A DNA stretch of 64,000 nt from Chlorokybus atmophyticus. Lineage: Eukaryota > Plantae > Mesostigma and Chlorokybus algae. The stretch covers positions 706,414 to 770,413 of the forward strand of contig RHPI01002090.1 of the NCBI GenBank assembly GCA_009103225.1, read 5' to 3'. This document shows, in pieces, positions 23,234 through 53,672 of the stretch. Under the pieces are notes generated by a model. It saw only the letters and a program-made list of their open reading frames with translations. It ran no database searches and was not told the origin of the DNA. Position numbers and translations under genes: made by a program. The stretch's first letter is position 1. Each line of letters starts with the position of its first letter.

Positions 23234-23435
23234 CGCCGCCCCTCTGTCAGCCCCGCACGCCCGCCCGCCGGCCGCAGCCTGGCCTGGGCGGCACTACAGG
23301 CCAGGCTGCATTGCTCACGTAAGTAAAGGTTGTTGCTCAGCAACTCATAGCTGCGGCGGCGGCGGCGGCGGCGGTGGTTGTTGATAGTACTTTGGTGACT
23401 GCTGTGGACGCAGTTACGCGCAAAGGTTGCTCGCC
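23234..23435. promoter_or_regulatory. 202-bp divergent (likely bidirectional) promoter containing a perfect 13-bp hairpin
   Basis: Lies between the VPS33 ATG (23233, -) and the BOB1 ATG (23436, +). GCAGCCTGGCCTG (23274-23286) and CAGGCCAGGCTGC (23297-23309) are exact reverse complements. Confidence 0.6.
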
Positions 23436-25511
23436 ATGGTGAGCTTGGAGGAGATGGAGGACGACTCCGTCGTTGCTGCCCCGCCTGCTCAACCCGAGCA
23501 CGACCAGGAGCTGGAGAAGCTGCTGTCCGCCCACGGGGCGCAGCCGCATGCGCTGCTCAGGACCGTCTTCGACTTCCTGCGCCGCCGCTCAGCCTTCTTC
23601 TCTGAGGATGCCGCAGAGGTGTGTTTGTGGGAGCATCGGGCAGGTTGATGTGTTGGGCTCCTTGTGCGTCTCCGTCAGCAGTCGGTTGAGAGTGGCGTGC
23701 TCATGTGACCCTACCAAACTACTGTCGCATTGCATGCAGCATGCAGCGGTTGATGATCAGCGCTGTGTGTGACATGCATTGGGGTCCTGGATGGTCATTC
23801 TGCCGGCTAGCAAACAAGCTCGCACGGCCGGGTCGTTTGCAGCCTTCCAGATTGGCTGTGGGGTCAGCATGCCAGCAGTAAATGCAATTTGTACATTGAA
23901 ATTCAGAGAATGTGCTTGATTGAGCAATGTCGTTGTCGTTGTGCATGGCGCAAGGTTGATGCTTACACCTTGTTTCCAGCCTTGAGGTGCACGATGGTCA
24001 ACTTGCGTGCATCCCAGAACTGTGAGCTTGATGCAGGCCAAAGTGACAGAACTTGCAAGGGAGATGAAGCGTGCCCGCAGTGCAGACGATGAGGAGCTGA
24101 AGCGTAAGCAAGCGGATGCTAAGAAGCCAAAGGCCGCAAGTAGTGCCACTGTTGGTGTGTCGTCTCGAAGCACAACCAACACCAATGCAGCAGAAGGCTC
24201 TTTGACTCCAAGCGAAGATTTTGACCGTGCAGCTGTCATGCAGGTTACTTGTTTATGTCTGTGCCACCCTCCCGCTGCATGGGTCCACTTGCTTGCATAG
24301 ACTGATAGATATGTGTTTACTTGCAACTTGCCAAGTAATGCTGATGTTGCAGGAAGTCGAGGAGATCAATCAGATCAAGGCGGGAAAGGGGCCAGCTGCG
24401 ACAGCGGATGATGCAGATGCACAGAAGGCTGACACAGCGGAAGATGAGAAGGAGGAGGAGAAAGGCATAAGTAAGTTGATCTAGTAACGGCAGCATGTGT
24501 TTCAAGTGAAACACATGCTGCCGCTTCCTCCTTTTGAACACAACTAGTCTGTTGGCAGCAGCTGCGTGCTCATTTCCATTCTGCAGAGCCAAACAGCGGA
24601 AACGGAGGAGACCTTGAGCAGTATTCCTGGACGCAAACACTACAGGACGTCAATGTCACGATGCCCATTCCTGCGGGCACCAAGGCGCGCTTTGTGGACT
24701 GCGTTATCAAGAAAGACTACATCAAGGCGGGTCTGAAGGGACAGCCGCCTGTCCTTGACGTGAGTGCCCTGTAGTCAAGTTTGATGAATATGCAAGTACG
24801 ATGCATAAAACAGAACGTGCGTGCATGCTAACATGAGCACAATGTGATGAGTTACATCTTGTTGGTTGTGCAGGGCGCTCTTCACAAGCCAGTGCTCCCT
24901 GATGACTGTTTCTGGAGCATTGGTGGGCATTCGCATGTGCCGGATCAGCAGTACCAACATGTTGATTTCTTGCAGACTGTCACTCACTCCGCTGTTGTGC
25001 AGAGGATGGCAATACGCTCAACATCTTCCTGTCCAAGGTCAACCAGATGGAGTGGTGGAATTGTATCCAGCAAGGTCATCCGGAGATCAATACGCAGAAG
25101 GTCGAGCCCGAGAACTCCAAACTATCTGATCTTGATGGAGAAACGCGTGCAACGGTTGAGAAGATGATGGTAAGGGACATAACTCCTTGCGACAGCGTGC
25201 TGTCTGCCAAGCAGCGCCTTTGAGATGTGCTGTGCGTCCACATTCTAAGTTCTCCACCCTGCAACTGCAGTACGATCAGCGACAGAAGTCGCTGGGCCTG
25301 CCCACAAGCGATGAACAATCCAAGCAGGACATCCTCAAGAAGTTCATGGCTCAGGTGATTTTTACAGATTGCACTTCAGGTTGGATGCGCTTTTGGCTGT
25401 GCTCATTGCCAATCACAACCACGTTTTGGATTGATGGCATTGCATTCTGACAATTGTGTTGTTGGTTTGCAGCACCCGGAGATGGATTTTTCAAAGGCAA
25501 AGATTAGCTAG
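23436..25511 (+). CDS. BOB1: NudC-family co-chaperone (BOBBER1-like)
   Basis: [15 protein letters not shown]; [36 protein letters not shown]; [16 protein letters not shown]; [40 protein letters not shown]|[28 protein letters not shown]|[12 protein letters not shown]. Confidence 0.95.
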
Positions 25512-25843
25512 GTTGTGCATGTAAGGCTCATCACAAAGATTGTGCCTGCATAGTTTGTTCTCTTCCCGACGTTGAGTGTTTTTGTTCTCTTCCCAACGGC
25601 TTGTTGGAGATTAAATGTTGCGTTGTAGACTGAGCACACTTCTTCAGTGTTCTTTCGCCCACCTCTGTGTTGTTTGCGGTTGCACACACAGAGCCTTGCA
25701 ATGCATATGTACTGGTCCTCACTACCCCAAGTAAACTCACGCTGTCCAGCATGACGTCACAGGTCTCTCTTCAACCCAGTAAGTTGGTTGATGCCGGCGT
25801 CTTTTACAGCTATCTAGCGTGCATGCATCACAAGGAGGCTGCA

Positions 25844-26080
25844 TTATGCACGATAGCGGCCGGCATCTGGGTCAGGTCCCAAATCCTTCGAGCCGCTGTT
25901 CATGAACTGTCCTCTGATGGCGACATTGGGGGGCTGCGGCTTGTTCGGGTCTACTCGTATGGGCTGCATGTCCCCCAGCGAGCGCAAGTAAACGGGTATG
26001 GACACCGCGGCCCCGCCCAACGCCACGGCTCCAATCCCCAGCGCCAGGTTCCCGAGCTGCCGACTGCTCTGTGGCGGCAT
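25844..26080 (-). CDS. 78-aa single-pass membrane microprotein of unknown function
   Basis: Intronless ATG-started ORF with a hydrophobic stretch LALGIGAVALGGAAVSIPVYL, followed by VDPNKPQPPNVAIRGQFMNSGSKDLGPDP, a motif I recall from small uncharacterised eukaryotic proteins. Confidence 0.75.
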   Translation of the reverse strand: MPPQSSRQLGNLALGIGAVALGGAAVSIPVYLRSLGDMQPIRVDPNKPQPPNVAIRGQFMNSGSKDLGPDPDAGRYRA

Positions 26081-27924
26081 GCCTCACTGCAACTGCAGGG
26101 AAGAGCTCCAGTGGCAGCCTGGCTCATGGACAGCCTGCCAGACACTGAAGATCAGCGCAGTGCAACTGTGCGGCAACCAATGTGGCAAATGTATGGTGTG
26201 TGCAGCACCACATCTGCGTGCTGGAGATCTGACGTGGAATGAAAGCAAGACGCTAAAGGAATACATACTAACACATGTAATGGCATGCAATACTGGCAAA
26301 TTGCATGCCAGCGTTGGCGAACGCAGCGCATTATCGAAACAATAGTGTCGGAGATTTCTGTACAATGCTCAGGCTGATCGCTCGAGCAGTGGTGCATGAC
26401 CCCAGCACTTGACTATACAAGGCATTCCATCCAATGCCGCACCATGGAGGCCTAATGGAGAGCAGTAAACTAGAAATGCGCATTGCTTGACCTGCAATGA
26501 CACAATAGCAACATCTTCAATCTCACTCATGCACTCATATATTCTGCAATCGACAGCCAGGGTGGCTCCACCGGAACATAGCTATGGTGCCTCTTTTTCA
26601 ATGAAACAATAGCCATCAGATGCAACGCAAAACCGCCCCGCCGTGTGAACCTATGGACTTGAACGAGCGGCAAACAAGTATGGAAGCCATGCAAGCTTCG
26701 CCGGCACATCACATCAGCCGGTATGGCAAACCAAGCCCGGATGAAGGGCCAGCGGCCGCAAAAGCTCTCCTGTGATCATGTATCTCTATCCAGTGTACTC
26801 GTATCCACACACACAAACTCAACAAGATGATAGTATAACGATCTGCGCACCATGCACTGCTGTCGTCCAGGGTTCCTCCTCGTCTCCGTCCCCGTCCTGC
26901 TCCTGCAGCTCCGCCGCCGCCGCAACCAGGCGATTTCAGTCCAAACTACGCAGAGCTCCCCCCTACCAGGGCTTGCTGATCATGAGTGGTAGCAGAAGAC
27001 TGACAGCGGTAGTGGTTGTTGACAAACTGATTGCGTGAGTGCTACAAGGTTGGTGTGATAGTACAAAAACGCTGCAGGTGGCCTTGATGATGCTTGCCAT
27101 GCACACAGGAAATAAGTTTGTCTTGGATGTGAGCCTGCTGCTATGTTTCAGCGTGTGGAGCATGCAATGATAGCAGGGGTTCATGCATGCCAAGAGGAAC
27201 GAACACAATGTCAAGAGCACCAAACAAAGACACATCTGTGCAGAGGACCAAGCGGATGTATACCTTTGGGGGCCAGCCACATTGAGGAGGACAACTGCAC
27301 ATGCTCACAAGTAGTAGTCATACGCACACACACTGCGTGCGTGCCACGTGTGTTAACATACGTATTGTGCATACCAATGCAATCTCAACTACTCTGCGAA
27401 CACTAACATGGCAAAAGCTATCCAATCACGCGGACACAACGAATGCTGCTGCTTTGCTGCATATGCACAGAACTGGACATGTCAGGTCCTTATGGCACAG
27501 ACACGGTCTCCGAGGACATACTGCGCACATGTGCGGAACGGATTTTGCAATTTGCAAGCATATGATTTGGTGTGCACTTGGTGCACGTGTGTGAGTGTGC
27601 GAGCATGAATCAGGTGAGCACTACTGCCATGTCGATGGAGTTGGTGGTTTTTCACCACTGCTAATCTCTGCTTGCCGACAAGCAGACCAGCAAGGCAACG
27701 CATTGCTACCACGTCTTGCAACATCAGCAACAACAGCGCCGAGCATACATAGGCGTGTACGAGCTGCAGCTACCACCTAAACATAAAGCTTATACTGCTC
27801 CGAATTACCTGTCTCTGTAAAGCAGCGAGTGGCGCGTGTCACTCAAGCCGCATGTATATTTGTGTCTGTACTATTCCACTATCACTGTAGCTACCTACCT
27901 CCTAATGGCTCCATCTGCGAGCGT

Positions 27925-28794
27925 CTAACATGCAGCGCCGGGCGCTCCATTGCTACCTCGTGTACACGTCCTCTTCGGGTACTTTCGATCCACTGCGGGG
28001 TCTGACGCTGCTTGCCGCTTGAGCTTGATGCTCTGTTCACAAAGACACACGCATGAGCACGCACACGCGGTAAGTAAACGCATGTGGCATGGGTCATGCC
28101 AAACATTCGCATAGGTAGCACACCTTTTGTTCTGCGAGCTGACAAAAATGCCGTAGGAGAATGTTGTTCGCTTCGGTTCGAATCACTGCGGACGCACGGC
28201 GTAAATTGGGCCAGTTGATTCCCATTGTTTTAGCAACAGCGCTCTTACCTTGATCTGGCGGGGGCGCTGTAGTGTGCGTTGCAAGATAAGTAAAAGGTGC
28301 TGCTTGCTGCAAGCAAAACGCACACAGTTAAAAGTGCCGCACGCACGCGAACACAAACCAACAAGAAAACATGATGATTGGCGGGACTGTTACAGACGGC
28401 TTGTAGCAGGTTGCAGTTGCACACACACAAATGCCCGTTCCATCTTGTATACAATGTGTTGGGTGTCCGACGAGTGTCTTATCACGTAGGGCAAACTGCT
28501 CACAGCATGCGACACAAGAAATCACCGTCACAACGTAGACCTGTCATTTTGATATTCACTGTGTCTGAGGTTAAAGTACACCGACAACTGCTTTACACTG
28601 TGTGTGTGAGTTTAACACCAGTACACTTGAGGACACTAAAGCAGATTCGACATCTCAACTGTGAACACAGCAGACAGGAACACGCTTGCAGACGCCTGGA
28701 GACTCACCGACGGCTGGCTATGTAGGTCAGCGGCGTGCTTCAGCTGCGAGAAATTACTGGGGTTGTACGACGGCAAGTCGGCCAGCCAGGGCAT
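27925..28794 (-). CDS. DDA1: DET1- and DDB1-associated protein 1 (CRL4 component)
   Basis: Exons 28794-28708, 28306-28249, 28185-28124 and 28032-27925 give 104 aa: [54 protein letters not shown].., matching the DDA1 LPS.NP.NFS and PPDQVI.TE..NILLR motifs. It is not visible as a single ORF in the track. Confidence 0.92.
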
Positions 28795-29399
28795 CGCACC
28801 TAACCGCACCGCACCGTAGCGCAAGCCCGTTTCAGCCGAAAGCAGCTCAAGCAGGCCCTGCAGCTTGAGCTCACCCACTCACTCACCCACCCACCCACCC
28901 ACCCGATCAAGTAAACCCTAGCTTGCTTCTGTTCGCTAACAAACACCTATTTGCTTGCCTGCCGGCTTGCCCCAAAGCTGACCCGCACGCAGAACGTTGC
29001 GTCCAACGAAGCCAACACACTCCAGGCACCCGCAGCTGGCAGCAGCTGGTGGCGAGAGACCCACAGACCCACAGCAAACTGTATTGCAAGCCCTACTACC
29101 CGTTCGCTGCCACAGACGCCGCTGCGCCGTCAACCGCCACCTTCGCAGAGACAAGCGTGGCCAGGTGGGGCGGCCACCTGCCCTAACAGGATGCCACGTG
29201 GGTGCACGAGCGCGAGAAACCACTGCAATATCCAGGCGCGGCTTGGGTGACATGACTCGACTCGAGTCATGTCATGTATGTCGTCTCCCGCCGAATCGGC
29301 GCTGCTGCAGTAGGGCCTAGGTCACCCTCCTGCCCTACAGGCCAATCCATCTGCGAATGTTGCATGTTGCATTACCAAGTAGCAAATGTGAAACAAAAC

Positions 29400-32200
29400 C
29401 AACAGTAACGGAAGTGGACATGTTCCAACCTATGCCTTGTACATCCGCTTGCATCTGACTATGACTTGTATGTGAGCCACATTCATATTATGTATACAAT
29501 GATGCTATATGTTGATACGCTGAAACATGGTAATGCATGACGCTAACGTCTTTCAAGTTTGCGGAGAGGCCAAATACACAAGCAAGATTTAGCATATCAA
29601 GCAGCAGCTGCAAGTAGTAAGGAAAAGTTGATGTTGTATCATTTTCAATGAGATAATCTCATCCGCAATGAAATCATGTATCACATTTTACAGTAAAATA
29701 TAAATTTTGCGCAATTGCATTATACAGGTAATGCCAAATGTATGATGTAGTGGTTATAATTTTTGCTTTTCATTCTGTCCCCTACAATTGTGGGTTTTGA
29801 TTACGACGGGTCAATAAAGAACATGTTGCGCCGCAAGTCGTAAATATTCTATCCACCGCAAAGCATGCATATGTAAAAAGATATGTAAGAACGGCAAAGC
29901 ACACTTTGTACGGATGTTATGATGCATATGTAATTTAAGAAGTAGTTGAGCTGGCTTTGTCGATGTAACTGAGAAAGAATGATATAGTCTCATGTTTGGC
30001 AACCATGGGCGCATTCAAACAATGTTAAAGCAAGCGTCGTTAGCCTTCAAACGACATTTGCACATCAAGTCGCTCCAATCTTGTTTGCAATTCTTGCTGC
30101 TGTAAGTTTTGCAACTGCTTTCATGCGTGATGCGCTTGAGACTTGCAACCGCCACACAATTCAATCAATCACAGCTGGTGTAGAAAATATATATTGTTTT
30201 ATAACAAATCTCTTCAATAAGGCACGCGCCAAATGCAACCTCCACATGCGATGACATTGAAATTATGCCCACATGTGAATACAAGTTTTGAATCATTGAT
30301 ATTAACAAAGCGGTGGCAATGCAGAATGGATTGCGACAATGAGACGCGTATCGGTTGTGCAATATCCAGCTTCCACACTTAGCATAGGTGTAGAGCTAAG
30401 CTGCAGCACGCGCATTTGCAAAATAAAAGCTTATTTGGCTACCGTGGAGCGTCTGTAGCACGAAACAGAGGGGCATTGGATTGGGTTGCAGGACGATAAT
30501 AAACAATTCAACTATTGAATTAATATATAAATTAATATAAAAATTAAATCCGACCTCGTCATTAAGCGCAGAGCGCAGCTTATTTGATGTGAAAAACTTG
30601 GGTTATCTAATTAATGACAACTGGGTACTTCTTATACTACCCACCTGTGGGGGATTTTCGTACGGGCGGTAAAGGCGTCATATGCCTTCACTCGTTGGTA
30701 AAGGTTGTCATATGCCTTTACCACCCGTAGTACAGTGTTCCAACTGCCTACAATGTGCCTTATGTCTCTTGCTCCAGATCATGTGTTTTACATCGTTTAA
30801 AACAAGTGATGTACATGGGATTCCAACATAACAACCCACGAAAATCCGAGCACGCAACACTGCACCTCTTATACCCAGGTGCGAGGTGCTAAGCCTAACG
30901 GAGGTGGAATAAAAAAGCCATTGTCAACTGGCTTAGATTTTACTACTCAAGCGCTGCTAAGCGCATACGTGCAGCTATAGCTTCAACTGCTTGCAAAAGG
31001 AGAGATTATGCATTCGGAGGGATCGGTTGACTCGTGCAAAACACTACTTAAGTTTTAAGAAGTTATGTCGATACTAAATCACCGAAGCTGCTCAAGTTAA
31101 GTAGCGCAAATGGCAAGGCCACGATACTACAAGGTTGCCCATATGAGATGGAAGCCAGAAGTTGCGGGATGAGCTCGCATGTTGAACAGATTGTAAGTCA
31201 ACTGTTCATTGATGCTTTTGTTTAATATGTTTGATCTCGCACTTGTGGTTGTAACTCACTCGTGTTTTTCATTCGGCACTTCTTTTAAGTCTTGCATATC
31301 ACGAGTCAAGGCTATCTAATGCAAAGTATTTGCAACGCCTGCTGCATTGAGGTATGACAATTTAGCATCCTGTGAAAATGCTCGATTCGCCCCGCAAGTA
31401 CTGTGCAAGGCTTAACAGGCGATGTAAGTCACTTGTGTTTTTCATTTAGCACACACTGTTTGAAGTCTCGGGTATTGCGAGTCAAAGCTAGCCATTTCAA
31501 AGCCTTTGCAACGTCTGCTGCTTTGAATAAGGCAAGTTAATACTTGTGCGAAAGTGCTCGATACGCTCCTCAAATGCTGCAAGGCTTGGCATGTCATGTT
31601 TAGATGTAAGAAACTACTTGCGTTATGGTGGTTGCTGCAGAATGCGTGCTCAGCAATCACTTATGTAAAGTATGACAATATGGTCGTATTGAGACAAGTT
31701 GGCCTTCAGTCATTAACGTTGTCATACAGACGGTCCATAACCGCATGCCAACACCGTCACATTGGCACACGCAATGTGTCAACTACAAGAACAACTCTAC
31801 ATCAGAGGCAAGTCGCGGTGTAGTGTAAGGTGCACACATGTGTAGTAATTACGTCATTGTAATAAGATGTAAGTGCGCGATAATTACGTTGCGCAGTACC
31901 TACATAACTACCTTAACTCTTGATAACACACCTTTGTGTTTGTGATGATATATATCATGTGCTTGATGCAAACAACTCTTGACACACACATTTTGCGTTG
32001 ACCATCTAAAATATAAAAAAGTTATAATGTTTTTATGTCAATTGCTCACAGCAAAGTTGCTCAATACATGCTTGCAGATCCGCGCACCAACTCACGCACA
32101 AACCGAACCAAGTATCTGTTGCGAGTTTTGCAAATGCAAATCTAATGCGCACTGCCACTGCTTGAGATTGAGAAACGTGTCGTTAGCTAAGTGGATTGTG
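29400..32200. other. AT-rich gene-free block, probably decayed transposon-derived sequence
   Basis: Sharp drop in GC relative to the flanking genes, stop-riddled frames and an internal diverged ~176-bp repeat. Only weak hints of Helitron Rep-like peptides on the minus strand. Confidence 0.35.
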
Positions 32201-33428
32201 ACGCCCCTCTAGCCTCTACTTCACAGCGCCTAACCGGCGCTGCGAGTCCTCGCGAAACAGGCTCTTGAGCTCAGTTATGGACGGCTCCATGCGCACCTCC
32301 ATCGTCGTTAAGTTGTCGCGGACGAGGGCGTTATGAAATGCCACGCGCGGTTCGAGCTTTGTCTAATCGCCGTGACTATTGCCGTTGCCGTTGTGAAGAT
32401 CGAAGCCCGTGAAGATGAGGGTTAGGGTTATGGTTAGGACTCTCCCTCCCCAGAATTGTAATATAGCTTACGTGTAGGCGGCCGTAACAGTGAAACTGCC
32501 GTTGAAGCCATTGAAGCGGTGACGTTGCCATCGTTCATGGTGATGGCGGCGGGGACGGCGGTGGCGGACGCCAGCCACAATGCCAACATGCCGCCTAGTA
32601 GCCCAAGTTTTAACCCAAACCCCCACCCGCAATGTTAAACAATTCTTTAACACCTACTGCAGCGGTTTGCGTTTTTACCGCGCCTGGTTGCAACTCTCGC
32701 AAAGGGGTGCTTTTAAAGCTATCAAAGTGACGAACTTCATCACTTTGATAAAGTCTACAGTTTACCTAAAGTAATGTGTAGACTTTATACGCACATGCAC
32801 ATCCATATATATGAGTATGTATTCATATATATGCTTGTATGCAAGTAAATAAATCTGATTGTAATGCTACCAATGCTAACACATTGCTATTGTATTTGTA
32901 GGATACAATAATAGCAACCGTTGTGACATCAATATTAATAATTGGTCCTACTAATGGCAGCATGATGCTACCAATGCAAACACATTGCAATTGTACTTTT
33001 ACCTGTATATTGTACCTTTGTTTGTGGATTGCTGTTGTATCTTTATAAATTTACTATTGTGCATAAGTGTCATGTGTGTATAATTGCAGATACTTTTACC
33101 CGCCTTTCTACCTCGATAGGATGCACAAGGCTAGTGCATGCCCCGGCTGAAATGTAAAATTGTGCCCTGTTTCTTACTCTATATATGTCTTGCCTCAAGC
33201 TATTTGCATTGTTAGCTATTGTTCCGCGTATGCAGGTCACCTATATATAATGTTTGGATCAACGATGAGGTTGTAAACATATTATGTGGTTTATGCTTAT
33301 GTTAATATATATATTACATATCTGTGTATGTATATGCACATGGCCTACTTCATACATATGCACATGCACTCAATTACATCATATCTATTAACTTGAAGTC
33401 CCTCATCAAAGCCCCTCCCCCCCCCCCC

Positions 33429-33499
33429 NNNNNNNNNNNNNNNNNNNNNNNNNNNNNNNNNNNNNNNNNNNNNNNNNNNNNNNNNNNNNNNNNNNNNNN
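33429..33499. other. Assembly gap (71 N) within a poly-C tract
   Basis: N run flanked on both sides by ATCAAAGCCCC plus poly-C. Confidence 0.95.
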
Positions 33500-33801
33500 A
33501 TCAAAGCCCCCCCCCCCCCCCCCCTCCCCTCCCTCTTCGGTATCATAAAATGCTTATGCAGTGCGGTGGAAGCGCGATGGACGTGCAACGGCGGCGACTA
33601 GTGAAAGTGGTTTGGATCTTCTCATTGTCAGCCCGAACACACCTGTGCTTATTGCGTAGTCCCCTAGGCGTACTTTCTGCACAATGCTATGTACACTAGG
33701 CGACTAACATAGGTCTATCCACACGACTGCAACTGCCGCGGAGCAGTCCATGGCTGGAGCAGTCACGTGCGGACCACTGATCTTTGCGCATGTCACCTAC
33801 A

Positions 33802-52778
<18,977 letters not shown>

Positions 52779-53672
52779 CGTCAAGACGCCACAACCGCTT
52801 CTAGAAAACCACGCTGAGGGCGAGGTATTAAAATAAAATATCATTCATATCGCTAAGATCTTGTTCATTGCAACCACGCTGACGTCCGCGCAGTCGAACT
52901 TTTGCATGGTGATGTTCCCAATAGGCACCACACGCACAGAGCTTGTCAAGTTCCAAGTGACAGATTATTGCACTGAATCATAATTGTTGCTGAGAGCGTC
53001 ACTTTAACTGCAACACTCGTCCAGTCCCCGCCGTGTGTGGTACTTGTTACATGCTGCGGATTTGTCCAGCGCAACGCCGGCACTGGTCCATCCATTGGGA
53101 GGACTCAAGTGCTAGTCCCGTTGGTTCTCGTTCATTGCCAGAGCTTCTTGCTGCGTGGCTGTGCAGGAGTACTACAGTTGACGTCGTGAAAGTTTGTACA
53201 TGTCTGCAAGTAGATGCGTGCAAGGCGGGCATGTGCCCTGGTTGAGATTGCATCGCGCACCAGTGGTTGACAGTCCACAACAATAGGGGAGTCAGTACTA
53301 CTAGGTTGTGAGTGCGAAAAGTTACAAAACGTAGCATGTCTAACTCTGTGGTCGCTGGCATAACGGCTTGTTAGGACAACCTGGATGTGTACAAGTGTAC
53401 AGGCACACATCCCATGTACACATGCATGCAGCTACATGGGACACGTAGCGTGGCCTTGGCCTGTCAGTTGTCACTGGCATATCAACCTATTCTTGTAAGG
53501 GACACTCGAGTACATGCATATACATATGACCACATGCGCTCATGCATGCCTGCATAGATGCTTGCGTGCAGCAACACATCAAGTCAGTCAGTAGTTCTTG
53601 TTGTTTGTTTCACTGTTAATCTCTCGACTAGAGTAATCTTTGCTGTCGGTGGCAAAAAGGGCCGCGTGTACA

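Noticed and set aside
26527-27780. Possible extra small gene between the microprotein and DDA1 (acidic AAAAELQEQDGDGDEEEP stretch, several splice-like sites)
   Set aside because: I could not assemble a stop-free spliced frame. An in-frame TGA precedes the acidic stretch and there is no evidence for Sec recoding. It may be DDA1 3' UTR.
29950-30340. Minus-strand peptides loosely resembling Helitron post-Rep motifs (FVNIND..CGHNFNVI; RIANKIG; APMVA)
   Set aside because: Too degenerate and in different frames; kept only as a weak hint in the feature list.
32417-32438. GGGTTAGGGTTATGGTTAGG telomere-like sequence
   Set aside because: Only three imperfect units, not distinguishable from chance or TE-end motifs.
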